From NCBI GenBank assembly GCA_963771885.1, contig CAVYVF010000007.1:82774-146773 (forward strand): a stretch of 64,000 nt of DNA, given 5' to 3'. Source of the DNA: Candidatus Bathyarchaeota archaeon. GTDB taxonomy: Archaea > Thermoproteota > Bathyarchaeia > TCS64. The stretch's first letter is position 1. The number at the start of each line of letters is the position of its first letter. A program made the position numbers and the translations under genes. Shown here in pieces: positions 10,354 through 20,031 of this stretch. Under the pieces are notes generated by a model. The model searched no databases. It saw only the letters and a program-made list of their open reading frames with translations, and was not told the DNA's origin.

Positions 10354-12252
10354 ATGGATCTGAAGCGGTTACGAGATATTATTATCGGCGCACCACTTAG
10401 AACCCTAGAATACGGGGAGCGACAGCTGAATAAGCTGCGAGCGCTAGCGGCACTTTCGCCTGATTCACTCTCCTCAATCGCTTACGCAAACCAGGAGATA
10501 TACATCGCGTTAGCGGCTGCCGGAGCAATCGGGTTATCGATGTCTTTTACGATAACTCTAGCCATTATAGCCATACTCATAATACTAACCCTCTCCTACT
10601 ACCAGACTATCCACGGGTACCCATCAGGAGGGGGATCATACACAGTTGCCCGTGAAAACCTCGGCGAGAAAGCAGGCCTAGTCGCAGCTATGGCTCTAGT
10701 TATAGACTACATACTAGTGGTAGCCGTTAGCCTTACTGCGGGGGTTGAAGCCATCGGGTCAGCATTCCCCGCGTTACTTCCACATCGCATTGAGGTTTCA
10801 CTGTTAATCCTCATCGTGCTTGTGATCATAAACTTACGAGGTGCACGCGAAGCTGGTACTGTAATGGCTGTTCCTGTTTACCTATTCTTATTCACATACA
10901 TCCCCATGCTCGCATACGGGGCTTGGATCGCCATGATTGAGGGTCCGGGTAACCTCGCAGCCGTTGCTCCCCCCGCGCTAGAACCACTTACCCTCGTACT
11001 GCTATTACACGCCTTCTCCTCCGGGTGCACAGCTTTAACCGGGGTCGAGGCGATAAGCAATGCTGTCCCAGCATTCGAGGAACCCAAATCGAAGAATGCA
11101 GGTAAAACTCTAATTGTTATGTCTTTTATCGTAGGATTGCTCTTCATAGGCAGCACGGGGCTCACACAATATCTTGCAGTCATCCCCATGGGCCATGAGA
11201 CCATCCTATCAGCACTATCACACCGCATCCTCGGAGAAGGACCGCTGTATATCCTAATTCAAATATCTACATTGCTAATACTTGCGGTAGCGGCAAACAC
11301 GAGTTTCACAGATTTTCCACGTGTTGCAGCTCTGCTAGCAAAAGACAGCTACATTGCCCGACAGCTATCAAATCTTGGTGACAGACTCGTATTCTCAAAT
11401 GGGATCTTACTGCTCTCAGCCATAGCCGCCATCCTAATAATCGCTTTCAACGGTCAATCTCACCCGCTCGTTCCCCTCTTCGCAGTAGGTGCATTCCTCT
11501 CCTTCACTCTTTCACAGGCGGGTATGGTCGTTCACTGGTGGAGGATCAGGGGACGATACTGGCAATGGAAATCCATAATCAATGGAGTGGGCTCCTTCAC
11601 TACCCTATCTGCACTCACAATTATAGGAGTAAGCAAATTCGTCGACGGTGCCTGGATGACGTTCATCATCATTCCAATAGGCGTCATCGCGTTCCTGCGT
11701 ATACGCCAGTACTATAGAGAATTCGACATCCAGATGTCGCCAATTGCCATCGAGCACCTCCCGAGGCTTGGTAGATCTCTTGAGCGTGCTGCAATACCCG
11801 TTTCGCACATCAACCAGGGGACCGTCGATGCTGTCGTCTTAGCCAGCAGGATAGCGGGAGAAGTCATAGGCGTACACATTGAAGTCACTGAGGGGAGTGG
11901 TGCCCCACTAGAAGCTGAGTGGAAGAGTCTTTGGCCAAAAATACCATTCTTCATCGTCCCCTCACCTTACCGATCAGTGACCGAACCACTGATCGAATTC
12001 CTTGAAAAAAGCGACATGATGAATAGCTGGGAGCCGACCGCAGTCGTGTTACCCGCATTTGTTACTGAGAAGTGGTGGCAAGCAGTTCTTCATAACCAGA
12101 CGACATGGTGGATCAGGCAGGCAGTCCTCGAAGCTAATCGAATCTCAGGAGTTGAGCGTGCAATAATCGAGGTGCCTCATCTTCTACAGCACAGAGAATT
12201 TAATCCAACACAGTTATTTGACAATGGGAAGCATTCAGAATCCCCAAATTAA
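10354..12252 (+). CDS. APC-superfamily KimA/YdaO-type K+ transporter
   Basis: LSPDSLSSIAYA, YPSGGGSYTVARENLG, IDY, AFSSGCTALTGVEAISN, ANTSF, GDRLVFSNG, cytoplasmic SPYRS and WWQAVLHNQT. Confidence 0.85.
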   Translation: MDLKRLRDIIIGAPLRTLEYGERQLNKLRALAALSPDSLSSIAYANQEIYIALAAAGAIGLSMSFTITLAIIAILIILTLSYYQTIHGYPSGGGSYTVARENLGEKAGLVAAMALVIDYILVVAVSLTAGVEAIGSAFPALLPHRIEVSLLILIVLVIINLRGAREAGTVMAVPVYLFLFTYIPMLAYGAWIAMIEGPGNLAAVAPPALEPLTLVLLLHAFSSGCTALTGVEAISNAVPAFEEPKSKNAGKTLIVMSFIVGLLFIGSTGLTQYLAVIPMGHETILSALSHRILGEGPLYILIQISTLLILAVAANTSFTDFPRVAALLAKDSYIARQLSNLGDRLVFSNGILLLSAIAAILIIAFNGQSHPLVPLFAVGAFLSFTLSQAGMVVHWWRIRGRYWQWKSIINGVGSFTTLSALTIIGVSKFVDGAWMTFIIIPIGVIAFLRIRQYYREFDIQMSPIAIEHLPRLGRSLERAAIPVSHINQGTVDAVVLASRIAGEVIGVHIEVTEGSGAPLEAEWKSLWPKIPFFIVPSPYRSVTEPLIEFLEKSDMMNSWEPTAVVLPAFVTEKWWQAVLHNQTTWWIRQAVLEANRISGVERAIIEVPHLLQHREFNPTQLFDNGKHSESPN

Positions 12253-12346
12253 GTATTATTTCAAGTTTAGTTTAGTTACTTAGAATTATATGAGGTTGCG
12301 AAAACCCTTATATTAAACGAGCCTATGGTAAATCCGTAACTCAACT

Positions 12347-12574
12347 TTGTTTGAGTGGCTTAGAAGAGTCTTCGGAAAGGCAAAATTTAGTAAAGACGGG
12401 TTAAAGCGCCGCACCACCTGTCGAATTTGCACATTCCTCGACGGGTTAACGCCAAATACGCAGATAACTCTTTGCAAAGCATGCGACGAGTTTCTCGGAA
12501 GTAATGTGCTTGAGTTTTCAAACTCATTAAGGTACAGGCTGTTACTCGATGCAAGCTCCGTAACGCGTGAATAG
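12347..12574 (+). CDS. Small hypothetical protein with two CxxC motifs (putative Zn-binding)
   Basis: CRIC…CKAC, amphipathic N-terminus MFEWLRRVF, TTATATTAAA about 35 nt upstream of the TTG start. Confidence 0.4.
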   Translation: MFEWLRRVFGKAKFSKDGLKRRTTCRICTFLDGLTPNTQITLCKACDEFLGSNVLEFSNSLRYRLLLDASSVTRE

Positions 12575-13099
12575 AACGGTGGAGTCGTGCGCATACGCCA
12601 AAAAATGCAGCTATCATGGAACTCTATTTTTTTAAATCACTCATAGTGAAACATCTGAGACAAAATATCCAAACTAGAGTAAGAGGCGGTTTTTCATGCG
12701 TTTACGCTTGCGCAAATACTCCTGTTTGCCCCACATGCGCTATCAACAGAGCAATCTTAATCTAGCTTATTTTCATGCCTAATCGTTTACTAATTGACCA
12801 ATTAAAATAAATATACATCCCAATAAATAGCATGGTTACACCCGCTCCAAATAGGGCTAGTTTTATCTGATTATCCATACTAAATCAATTACTATCTTTT
12901 CCCCCCTTATTTATCCCTTTTTTCAATTTATATAGCTTCAAATCTTTTCATTTAACTACTTTCAGGCAAAGTCAGGCAAACCTGCCTTTTTCAAAAATAT
13001 TTAGACTAATATTGCCTAAATTAACTAAATACCGTTACTATGTGTTAAAAACAACATAAATAAGTTAGGAAACCGTTCTTAAAATCGAGGCGGGACGAC

Positions 13100-14381
13100 T
13101 TGGAGCAGACAACACTATTCAGAGCCGTCGTAGACATCTGCATCCTAATCATTCTCGCGGAACTCACCTCAACAATCGCCGCAAAACTCAATCTACCTCG
13201 AATACTCGGGCCACTCTTCGCAGGCATCCTATTCGGACCCTACATGATAGGTGGATCGAATCGGAGATACCCCCTTCCTAGAGATAACTGACTGATTCCT
13301 CATCTTCTCAGAGATCGGTGCAGTCTGCTCCTATTCCAGGCGGGGCTCCACATGAAGTTCTCCGACCTGCTAAAAGCGGGACGGCCAAGCCTAACAGTCG
13401 CGATCTTGGGAGTAATTTGCCATTCCCATCGGCATTAGCGCATCGAGTTGCTTGGATACGATCTGATCGTCGGAATGATCATAGGAGGATCACTTTCGGC
13501 GACAAGCATAGCGATCAGCCTAAAGTGTCTCGGAGAATTCGAGCAGCTCGGGAACCCCAGAAGCTAAGCTAATAATCGGCGCAGCGGTCATCGACGATGT
13601 CCTCGCACTCAGCATAGCCTCAGTTATACTTAGCGTATTTCCGATCCCCTTAGCTCAGGTTCACCTCAGTCCTTCGCTCGGTAGGCTTCACACTCATACT
13701 GTGGTTCGTCCTCTCAGCGGTCACAAGCGAGTGGTGCCGTGGTTTACGGAGTGGTTCAACCGACTGGAGAGGCTAGACCCAGTGAGGCAGAACATCGTGC
13801 CACTCGCGTCTATCATGCTCTGCTTCGGCTTCGCAGGAGCCTCAGGTCTACTCGGGCTCAGCCCACTCGTCGGAGCCTTCATGGCTGGCATGGCAGTAGC
13901 AGGAAGCAGGTTCCATAGGGATGTCTCAGAGTTCACAGAGAATCTTTCAGTCCTATTCGTTCCCCTTTTCTTCATAGTGGCTGGTGCTAACGTTAACCCC
14001 TATGCGATGTTGAGTGGCGACTTTCTACTGATTGGGATTCTCAGCCTCGGAGCGGTAGTAACTAAGCTGGTTGGCTGTGGTATCCCGGCGCAATACTTCC
14101 TTAAGAATAAAGAGAAGGGGTTGCGTGTCGGCTATGGGATGATCAGTCGGGGTGAGATAGGGTTAGTTATTGCTAGTATAGGGAAGAACTATGGAATAAT
14201 CACTGATGAGGTGTACGTTGCGTTAATCGTTGTGATCTTCATCACGACAATTTTACCCCCGATTTTGCTTGGGAATAGCTTCCTCAATGATCCGAGCTGT
14301 ATGTTGCCTGACTACATTAAAGAACGTGCAAACCATCACAAACTAAGACAAAAAAATGAGGATGATTCTCGTATCCCGTGA
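13100..14381 (+). pseudogene. CPA2-family cation:proton antiporter (NapA/Kef-like) with multiple frameshifts
   Basis: Fragments across frames: LPRILGPLFAGILFGP, ATSIAIS, IIGAAVIDDV, LVGAFMAG, FVPLFF, GMISRGEIGL. Several indels lie between about 13260 and 13740. Confidence 0.8.
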
Positions 14382-14546
14382 AAAATCATCTTAAAAATTT
14401 AAAAATTATGCGGTTTGGTGCGGTGGGTGTGTAGAGAGGGAGCGTGGAGAGAAGACGTAGGGAAATGCGGGAGTCAGTCGGAGAACAAAGAGAGGGGTTT
14501 TGGGTAAAACAATTTACCCTCAACGACCATATCTCTATGATAAAGT

Positions 14547-15581
14547 ATGTTGGGAGAGGAAAGCGTCGAGAAGAGCATCGAGTGGCTTCTTGAGAACGGC
14601 TCGGCGCCGGTCCGGTACATGACGCTCCTCAGGATCGTGGGTGAAGATCCTGCGTCGCCGGAGATGCACGAGCTCTGGAGGGAGGCGCAGCGCCACCCCG
14701 ACAACATCGAGGCGTTCACGAAGCAGAAACCCGACGGCTCCTGGTGCACGGGAGGTTCCTGGGCACCAAAGCCAAGCTACGTGCCCCTAGGAGGCTGTAC
14801 ACCAGTCAGTCCCAAGTACGTCACTACATCGTGGCTCCTCAACATACTTGGCGACGCGGGCTACACAGCCGCCGACCCGCGTATCTCAAAGGCTGTGGAG
14901 TATGTCCTCAAGTTCCAGCGCCCAAACGGGGTGCTCGTCGAGCACCAAAAGCCATTATCCGATGAGGATCACGATGAGAATCCCCGGAACGTCCCCTGCA
15001 GGATGAGCATACAGCTCACGGGGCTCGCCAAGGTCGGCGCAGCAGACGACCCACGCGTGCGCAAGGGATTTGACGTCCTCCTACACTGGCAACGCGAGGA
15101 CGGCGGCTGGGTACAGGAAGGACACAGGGACGGGACGGTAGCCCCCTACAAACTCTGGACGCGCAGTTGCCCCTGGGTCACCTTCTTCACCTGCAACGCC
15201 CTCCATGCGAGCCGCTTACCTGTGTACCGCGAACCCCTCCGCAGAGGCCTCAACTTCATACTTTGGCATCTGAACCAGAAACGAAGAACGGACATTCGAC
15301 GCTTCTTTTGGCATGGGCACGAACCCATCCGCGAGCTAGTCATGCTCGCAGAGAACGGCTTCGGTAGAGACGAGCCCGCAATTGAGAACTTGCTAGAATG
15401 GCTCGAAAAGATGTACGACCCCGAGACCGGCTCATACAGGTACAACGGGAAACCAATCTCAAAGATGTCATTACGTGAGGACGGTGGAGACCCACGTGTC
15501 ATGAAGTATCGCCTCTACCACCTCATCGAGGAAGACTGGCTCACCTACTGGATGACCAGGATCGAGAAGTGCTTCCTTTAG
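14547..15581 (+). CDS. Hypothetical protein with prenyltransferase/squalene-cyclase QW-like repeats (alpha/alpha barrel)
   Basis: QKPDGSW, FQRPNG and WQREDGGW repeats following helices such as DPRISKAVEYVL. No DxDD cyclase motif seen. Confidence 0.55.
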   Translation: MLGEESVEKSIEWLLENGSAPVRYMTLLRIVGEDPASPEMHELWREAQRHPDNIEAFTKQKPDGSWCTGGSWAPKPSYVPLGGCTPVSPKYVTTSWLLNILGDAGYTAADPRISKAVEYVLKFQRPNGVLVEHQKPLSDEDHDENPRNVPCRMSIQLTGLAKVGAADDPRVRKGFDVLLHWQREDGGWVQEGHRDGTVAPYKLWTRSCPWVTFFTCNALHASRLPVYREPLRRGLNFILWHLNQKRRTDIRRFFWHGHEPIRELVMLAENGFGRDEPAIENLLEWLEKMYDPETGSYRYNGKPISKMSLREDGGDPRVMKYRLYHLIEEDWLTYWMTRIEKCFL

Positions 15582-15724
15582 AAGTGACGCCTACTTAATC
15601 CAGTGATCCTCGAACACCTCATACTGAGTTATGGGTCATGGGATACTACGGGCAGTATGTCGTTCTATCCCTAATTTAACTCACAAGTTATTTCACCTCA
15701 AACAGCCAATCTAAGCCGATCACA

Positions 15725-16783
15725 TTGAGTCTGTCAGGTTTGGACGGCGACCTCTCGGGGCTACCCATATTGAGGAACGCCAAGAGGAGGCGCTCCAGCA
15801 GCTACGACCGTACCGGCGGCAACAAGGACTTTATTACAGTCCGCGCGGGGGAGACCGCGACCCTCGCCGAGATGGAGGGAGCAGGAGTTGTCAAACACAT
15901 CTGGGTAACGATACGTACACGCGACGAGTTCTTCCTACGTAAGCTTGTGCTCCGGGCATACTGGGATGGCGAGAAAAGCCCGAGCATCGAGGTCCCCATC
16001 GGCGACTTCTTCGGCATAGGCCACGCCATCAGTAAGAACTACGTCTCCGCTCCCCTACAGATGAGTCCCGAGGACGGGAAAGGCTTCAACTGCTGGTTCC
16101 CCATGCCCTACGCGAAGGGCGCCAAGATCACGGTTGAGAACCAGGGCTCATGGGACTGCGAGTCCTTCTACTACTACGTCGACTACGAGGAACACAAGGC
16201 GTTGCAGGATGGGCTCGGGAGGTTCCACGCCACATGGAACCGCGAGAACCCCACAGAGGGCGACAACTCAGACGAGTGGGACAACCCAACATGGCTCTTC
16301 CGCGGCGAGAACAAGGAGGGCAAGGAGAACTACGTCATCCTCGAAGCCGAGGGAAAAGGCCACTACGTCGGCTGCAACATGAACGTCCACAACCTACGCC
16401 CCACGGCGCGCTTCAACTGGTACGGCGAGGGAGACGACATGATCTACATAGACGGAGAGAAGACCCCGAGCCTCATCGGAACGGGAACCGAGGACTTCTA
16501 CGGGATGAGCTGGTGCCCGACGCAGGAGTACTGCGCCCCATACCACGGGCTACCCCTCCCCGGCTCCGACAAGAACTGGAACGGCAAAATCACGTGGTAC
16601 CGATACCACATCCTCGACCCTATCTACTTCGAGAAATCCATCAAGGTCACCATCGAGCACGGACACGCCAACAAGCGCAGTGACGACTACAGCAGCACCG
16701 CCTACTGGTACCAGACCGAGCCACACAAGAAGTTTAAGCCCCTCCCACCCGTACAGGAGCGTCTACCGAGGGAGAAGCCATGA
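15725..16783 (+). CDS. DUF2961 / glycoside hydrolase family 172 protein (alpha-D-arabinofuranosidase or alpha-D-fructofuranosidase-like)
   Basis: SSSYDRTGGNKD, HIWVT, YWDGE…PIGDFFG, NCWFPMP, GHYVG, WYGEGD, GTGTEDFYG, YRYHILDPIYF, IEHGHAN, AYWYQ. No signal peptide. Confidence 0.88.
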   Translation: MSLSGLDGDLSGLPILRNAKRRRSSSYDRTGGNKDFITVRAGETATLAEMEGAGVVKHIWVTIRTRDEFFLRKLVLRAYWDGEKSPSIEVPIGDFFGIGHAISKNYVSAPLQMSPEDGKGFNCWFPMPYAKGAKITVENQGSWDCESFYYYVDYEEHKALQDGLGRFHATWNRENPTEGDNSDEWDNPTWLFRGENKEGKENYVILEAEGKGHYVGCNMNVHNLRPTARFNWYGEGDDMIYIDGEKTPSLIGTGTEDFYGMSWCPTQEYCAPYHGLPLPGSDKNWNGKITWYRYHILDPIYFEKSIKVTIEHGHANKRSDDYSSTAYWYQTEPHKKFKPLPPVQERLPREKP

Positions 16784-18324
16784 AAGTAGGAGTCTTCAGT
16801 CCGAACGACGCCCGCCCATGGGTCAGAGCGGACAACATCGACATGATGATCAACCAGGAGAAGCTACTCGTCGACGCCCTGAAGAAGGCGAAGGTCGAGG
16901 TTACCCGCGGCGGCGAAAAACATTCAAAGATGGACCAGATAGCCTGGAACACCAAGCTCGTCCAGGAGCACATAAAGCACATCGCCGCAGCGAAGCCCGA
17001 GACCCTCATCATAAACCAAGGTAGTTGGACGTTCCCCTGGGACAGCGTAGACGCCGTTAAACGATACGCCGCCGAGACAGGCGACATACCCCGCGTCGTC
17101 ATGTTCAGCCACAAGGACCCGACCGTCCCCGGCCTAGTTGCTGGGATGGCGGCGGGCGGGGGACTCACACGCATTGGCGTACCATTCAACCACATCTTCG
17201 GCGACATCAAATCCGATAAGACCGTTATCAAGCGCCTATTAGCAATACTCGGGTTCAACGAGCGCAGAGCAGCCGAGGCGGAGACTGCGAAGAGGGTCAT
17301 AGTAGACCTCAAGGCTCAGAAGTACCTAGCCCTCGGAGGCATGAGCCTCAAGATGCCGACGACGACAGCGGACGTTGACCAGTGGCAAAAGCTCTTCGGA
17401 ATCAGCTACGAGGCCCTCGACCAGAGCGAGCTGCTGCGCAAGGCTCTCACCATGGTGGAGTGGAGCGGAAAGCCCGGCGAGGGCAAGTACAAGATACTCG
17501 ACCCCCGCCTCAAGAAGGCCGCCGACCACATCCAGAAACACGGCAAGATCAGCTACGAGCGCCCCAAGCTCAAAGAGTTCGCAAAGATGCTCCTACAGCT
17601 CAGCCTCTACTACGCGGGCGAGGACATCGTCGACGAATACAGCGTCACGTTCGCGGGCATAAAATGCCAGGACGAGCTGAGCGCGCAGCATTGCACGGCT
17701 TGTCTCATGGCCGCCTACCTGAGCAACGACGTCGGACCAGACGGCAAGCCTAAGAAGGTGATTCCCATCGCCTGCGAGAACGATATGGACTCCGCCCTCA
17801 CACAATTAATAATGCACCTAGCATCGGGCAAGCCGGCTGGCTTCGGAGACTTCCGCGACGTCGAGAACGGCCTCCTCTACATAGTCAACTGCGGGCAACA
17901 CCCACCCTACTTCTTCGGCGGACCCGAGATGGACTCGGCGAAGAAACTCGACGAGGTCGAGTACATGGGCCAGGAGATTTTCTATGACGCGGGAGGCAGC
18001 AGCGTAAGAGGCAGGACCCCCGGCGGCCACGTTATGACTGTAGCGCGCCTCGGGAGGGAGAACCTACGCTACCGCCTCGTCGCCAGTGTCATCGAGACAC
18101 AGCCTGTAGAGCCCGAAGAACATGAGAAGTACAACCCGAGCTGGCCCATCATCAAGGGTAAGATACCCATGACCGATGAGGAGATCATCAGTGTCTGGCC
18201 CTGCAACCACCTAGGCTTCGCCTACGGCGATCTAACCCCCGCCCTCGCTGAGATCGCTCACCGCCTCGACATCGGCTACACCATCTACGACGCCGACGGC
18301 AACAAGTACCACAAACCGACGTGA
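16780..18324 (+). CDS. L-fucose/D-arabinose isomerase (FucI) family protein
   Basis: Metal/catalytic pattern CENDMD…FGDFR matches FucI TENDS…FADVR spacing. Also GGMSL, VNCG, PSWP, PCNH. ATGA overlap with the upstream gene. Confidence 0.8.
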   Translation: MKVGVFSPNDARPWVRADNIDMMINQEKLLVDALKKAKVEVTRGGEKHSKMDQIAWNTKLVQEHIKHIAAAKPETLIINQGSWTFPWDSVDAVKRYAAETGDIPRVVMFSHKDPTVPGLVAGMAAGGGLTRIGVPFNHIFGDIKSDKTVIKRLLAILGFNERRAAEAETAKRVIVDLKAQKYLALGGMSLKMPTTTADVDQWQKLFGISYEALDQSELLRKALTMVEWSGKPGEGKYKILDPRLKKAADHIQKHGKISYERPKLKEFAKMLLQLSLYYAGEDIVDEYSVTFAGIKCQDELSAQHCTACLMAAYLSNDVGPDGKPKKVIPIACENDMDSALTQLIMHLASGKPAGFGDFRDVENGLLYIVNCGQHPPYFFGGPEMDSAKKLDEVEYMGQEIFYDAGGSSVRGRTPGGHVMTVARLGRENLRYRLVASVIETQPVEPEEHEKYNPSWPIIKGKIPMTDEEIISVWPCNHLGFAYGDLTPALAEIAHRLDIGYTIYDADGNKYHKPT

Positions 18325-19861
18325 CCGAGTTGACCTACCTAGTCGGAACGGACATAGGAACCCTCGGGACGAAGACAGTCGTCGTCGACGCCGAGGGACA
18401 TATCAAGGGAAGCTCATTCCTCGAATACGGCGTGTTGACGCCGAAGCAAGGATGGGCAGAGCAGTGGCCCGACGTCTGGGAGAAGGCGGCGCAGGCATCC
18501 ATCAAGTCAGCGATCGAGAAGGCGAAGATAGACCCGAAGGAGATCTCAGGCGCTGCTATAAGTAGCCTCTACGGCGGCAGCGGAATCCCCCTCGACGGGG
18601 ATATGAAGCCGATCCGCCCCTGCCTAATCTGGGCGGACAGGCGCGCCACGGAGGAGTGCAGGTGGCTCAGAGACAACATCGGCGCAGAGGCGCTCTTCAA
18701 GGTGACCGGCAACGTCATCGACCCCTACTACGGCTACACGAAGATGCTCTGGATCAGGGGAAGGAGCCGGAGAACTGGGCGCGGATACACCGACTCGAGA
18801 CGCCTAACGCCTACGTCATCAGGGGACTCACCGGCATGGAGAGCGTCGACTACAGCAGCGCCGGCAACTACGGCGGATTATTCGACATCCACAAGCGCGA
18901 CTGGTCTGAGAAAACCATGGACGAGCTCGGCGTCCCCCGGAGCTTCTTCCCCGAGAAAATCCTCAGCTCAGAGGACATCGTGGGTGAGGTGACCGCGAAT
19001 GGCTCGAAGGCAACCGGCCTCCCCAAGGGCACACCCATATGCGCCGGGGGGATAGACGCGAGCGTCAGCGCCCTCGCGGGGGGAGCGATAGCAGACGGTG
19101 ACCTCGCCTCGATGCTCGGTACCAGCATGTGCAACGGCTTCATCAGTCACACCCCCCGCCTCTCCCCGAGAATGATAAACTTCCCCTACGTCGTTAAGGG
19201 ACGCCAGTACACCTACAGCTTCACCGGGATCGCGACGGCTGGCTTCAGCGTCCGCTGGTTCAGAGACGAACTCGGACAGAAAGAGAAAGAGGCACAAAAG
19301 GAGACGGGCGTCGACGCCTACAAGCAGCTGGACGAGTTAGCCGCCAATGTGCCGATAGGCAGCGACAACCTAGTCTTCCTCCCTCACCTCATGGTTGGTG
19401 AACGCGCCCCCTACTGGGACGAGCACCTACGCGGCGGATTCCTAGGGCTCGGCGTCTACCACACAAGGGCGCACATGTTCCGCAGCATCCTCGAGGGGGT
19501 CGCCTACGCTATGAGATATAGCCTCGAAGCGGCGTGGGAGGTAGGCATTAAGGTGAACAGGGCGACGCTCGTCGACGGCGGGGCGCGCAGTCCGCTCTGG
19601 AGACAGATAGTCGCCGACGTGACCGGAGTGCCGATGAGCTACATCCCCGGAGCACAAGGCGCACCGCTCGGAGATGCGATACTTGCTGGACTCGGAACCG
19701 GAACTATAAGGGATCATAAAGTCATTGAGAAGTGGATACCCGAAAAGGTACCGATGAAGCCGGTCCCTGAGAACGTCAAAGCTTACCAACGCTTCTATAA
19801 CCTCTACAAGATGAGCCTCGTGGCGATCCGCCCACTCTTCCGGGAGATGGCGGAGGGATAG
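18321..19861 (+). CDS. FGGY-family pentulose kinase (xylulokinase/ribulokinase-like), with a one-base frameshift near 18757-18760
   Basis: VGTDIGTLGTK, WAEQWP, IWADRRA, GGIDAS, GTS, FLPHLMVGERAPYW, ILEGVAY, DGGARSPLWRQIVADV. The two ORFs join if one base is added in the GGGG run. Confidence 0.85.
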
Positions 19862-19880
19862 TCCGGAAGGAACCGGCTAT

Positions 19881-20002
19881 CAATTCGACTAGATAGAGAA
19901 TACGAAGCGGGCTGATGAGTTGGCCTTCTTGCCTCTTAGTTTGATTCGGCGAGCAGCCGATAATTTTGATAAGAGGCCTAACAGAGGCCAAGGCGAAAAT
20001 TG
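19881..20002. ncRNA. Putative structured intergenic RNA / long hairpin between convergent genes
   Basis: Nested pairings TTGGCCT/AGGCCAA, GCCTCTTA/TAAGAGGC and TCGGC/GCCGA, flanked by CTGATGAG and CGAAA. Confidence 0.35.
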
Positions 20003-20031
20003 TATAATAAATAGAGAAATCGGGTAGAATT

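Noticed and set aside
18757-18760. Programmed ribosomal frameshift in the kinase
   Set aside because: No canonical slippery heptamer with a downstream structure, and similar indels hit many unrelated genes.
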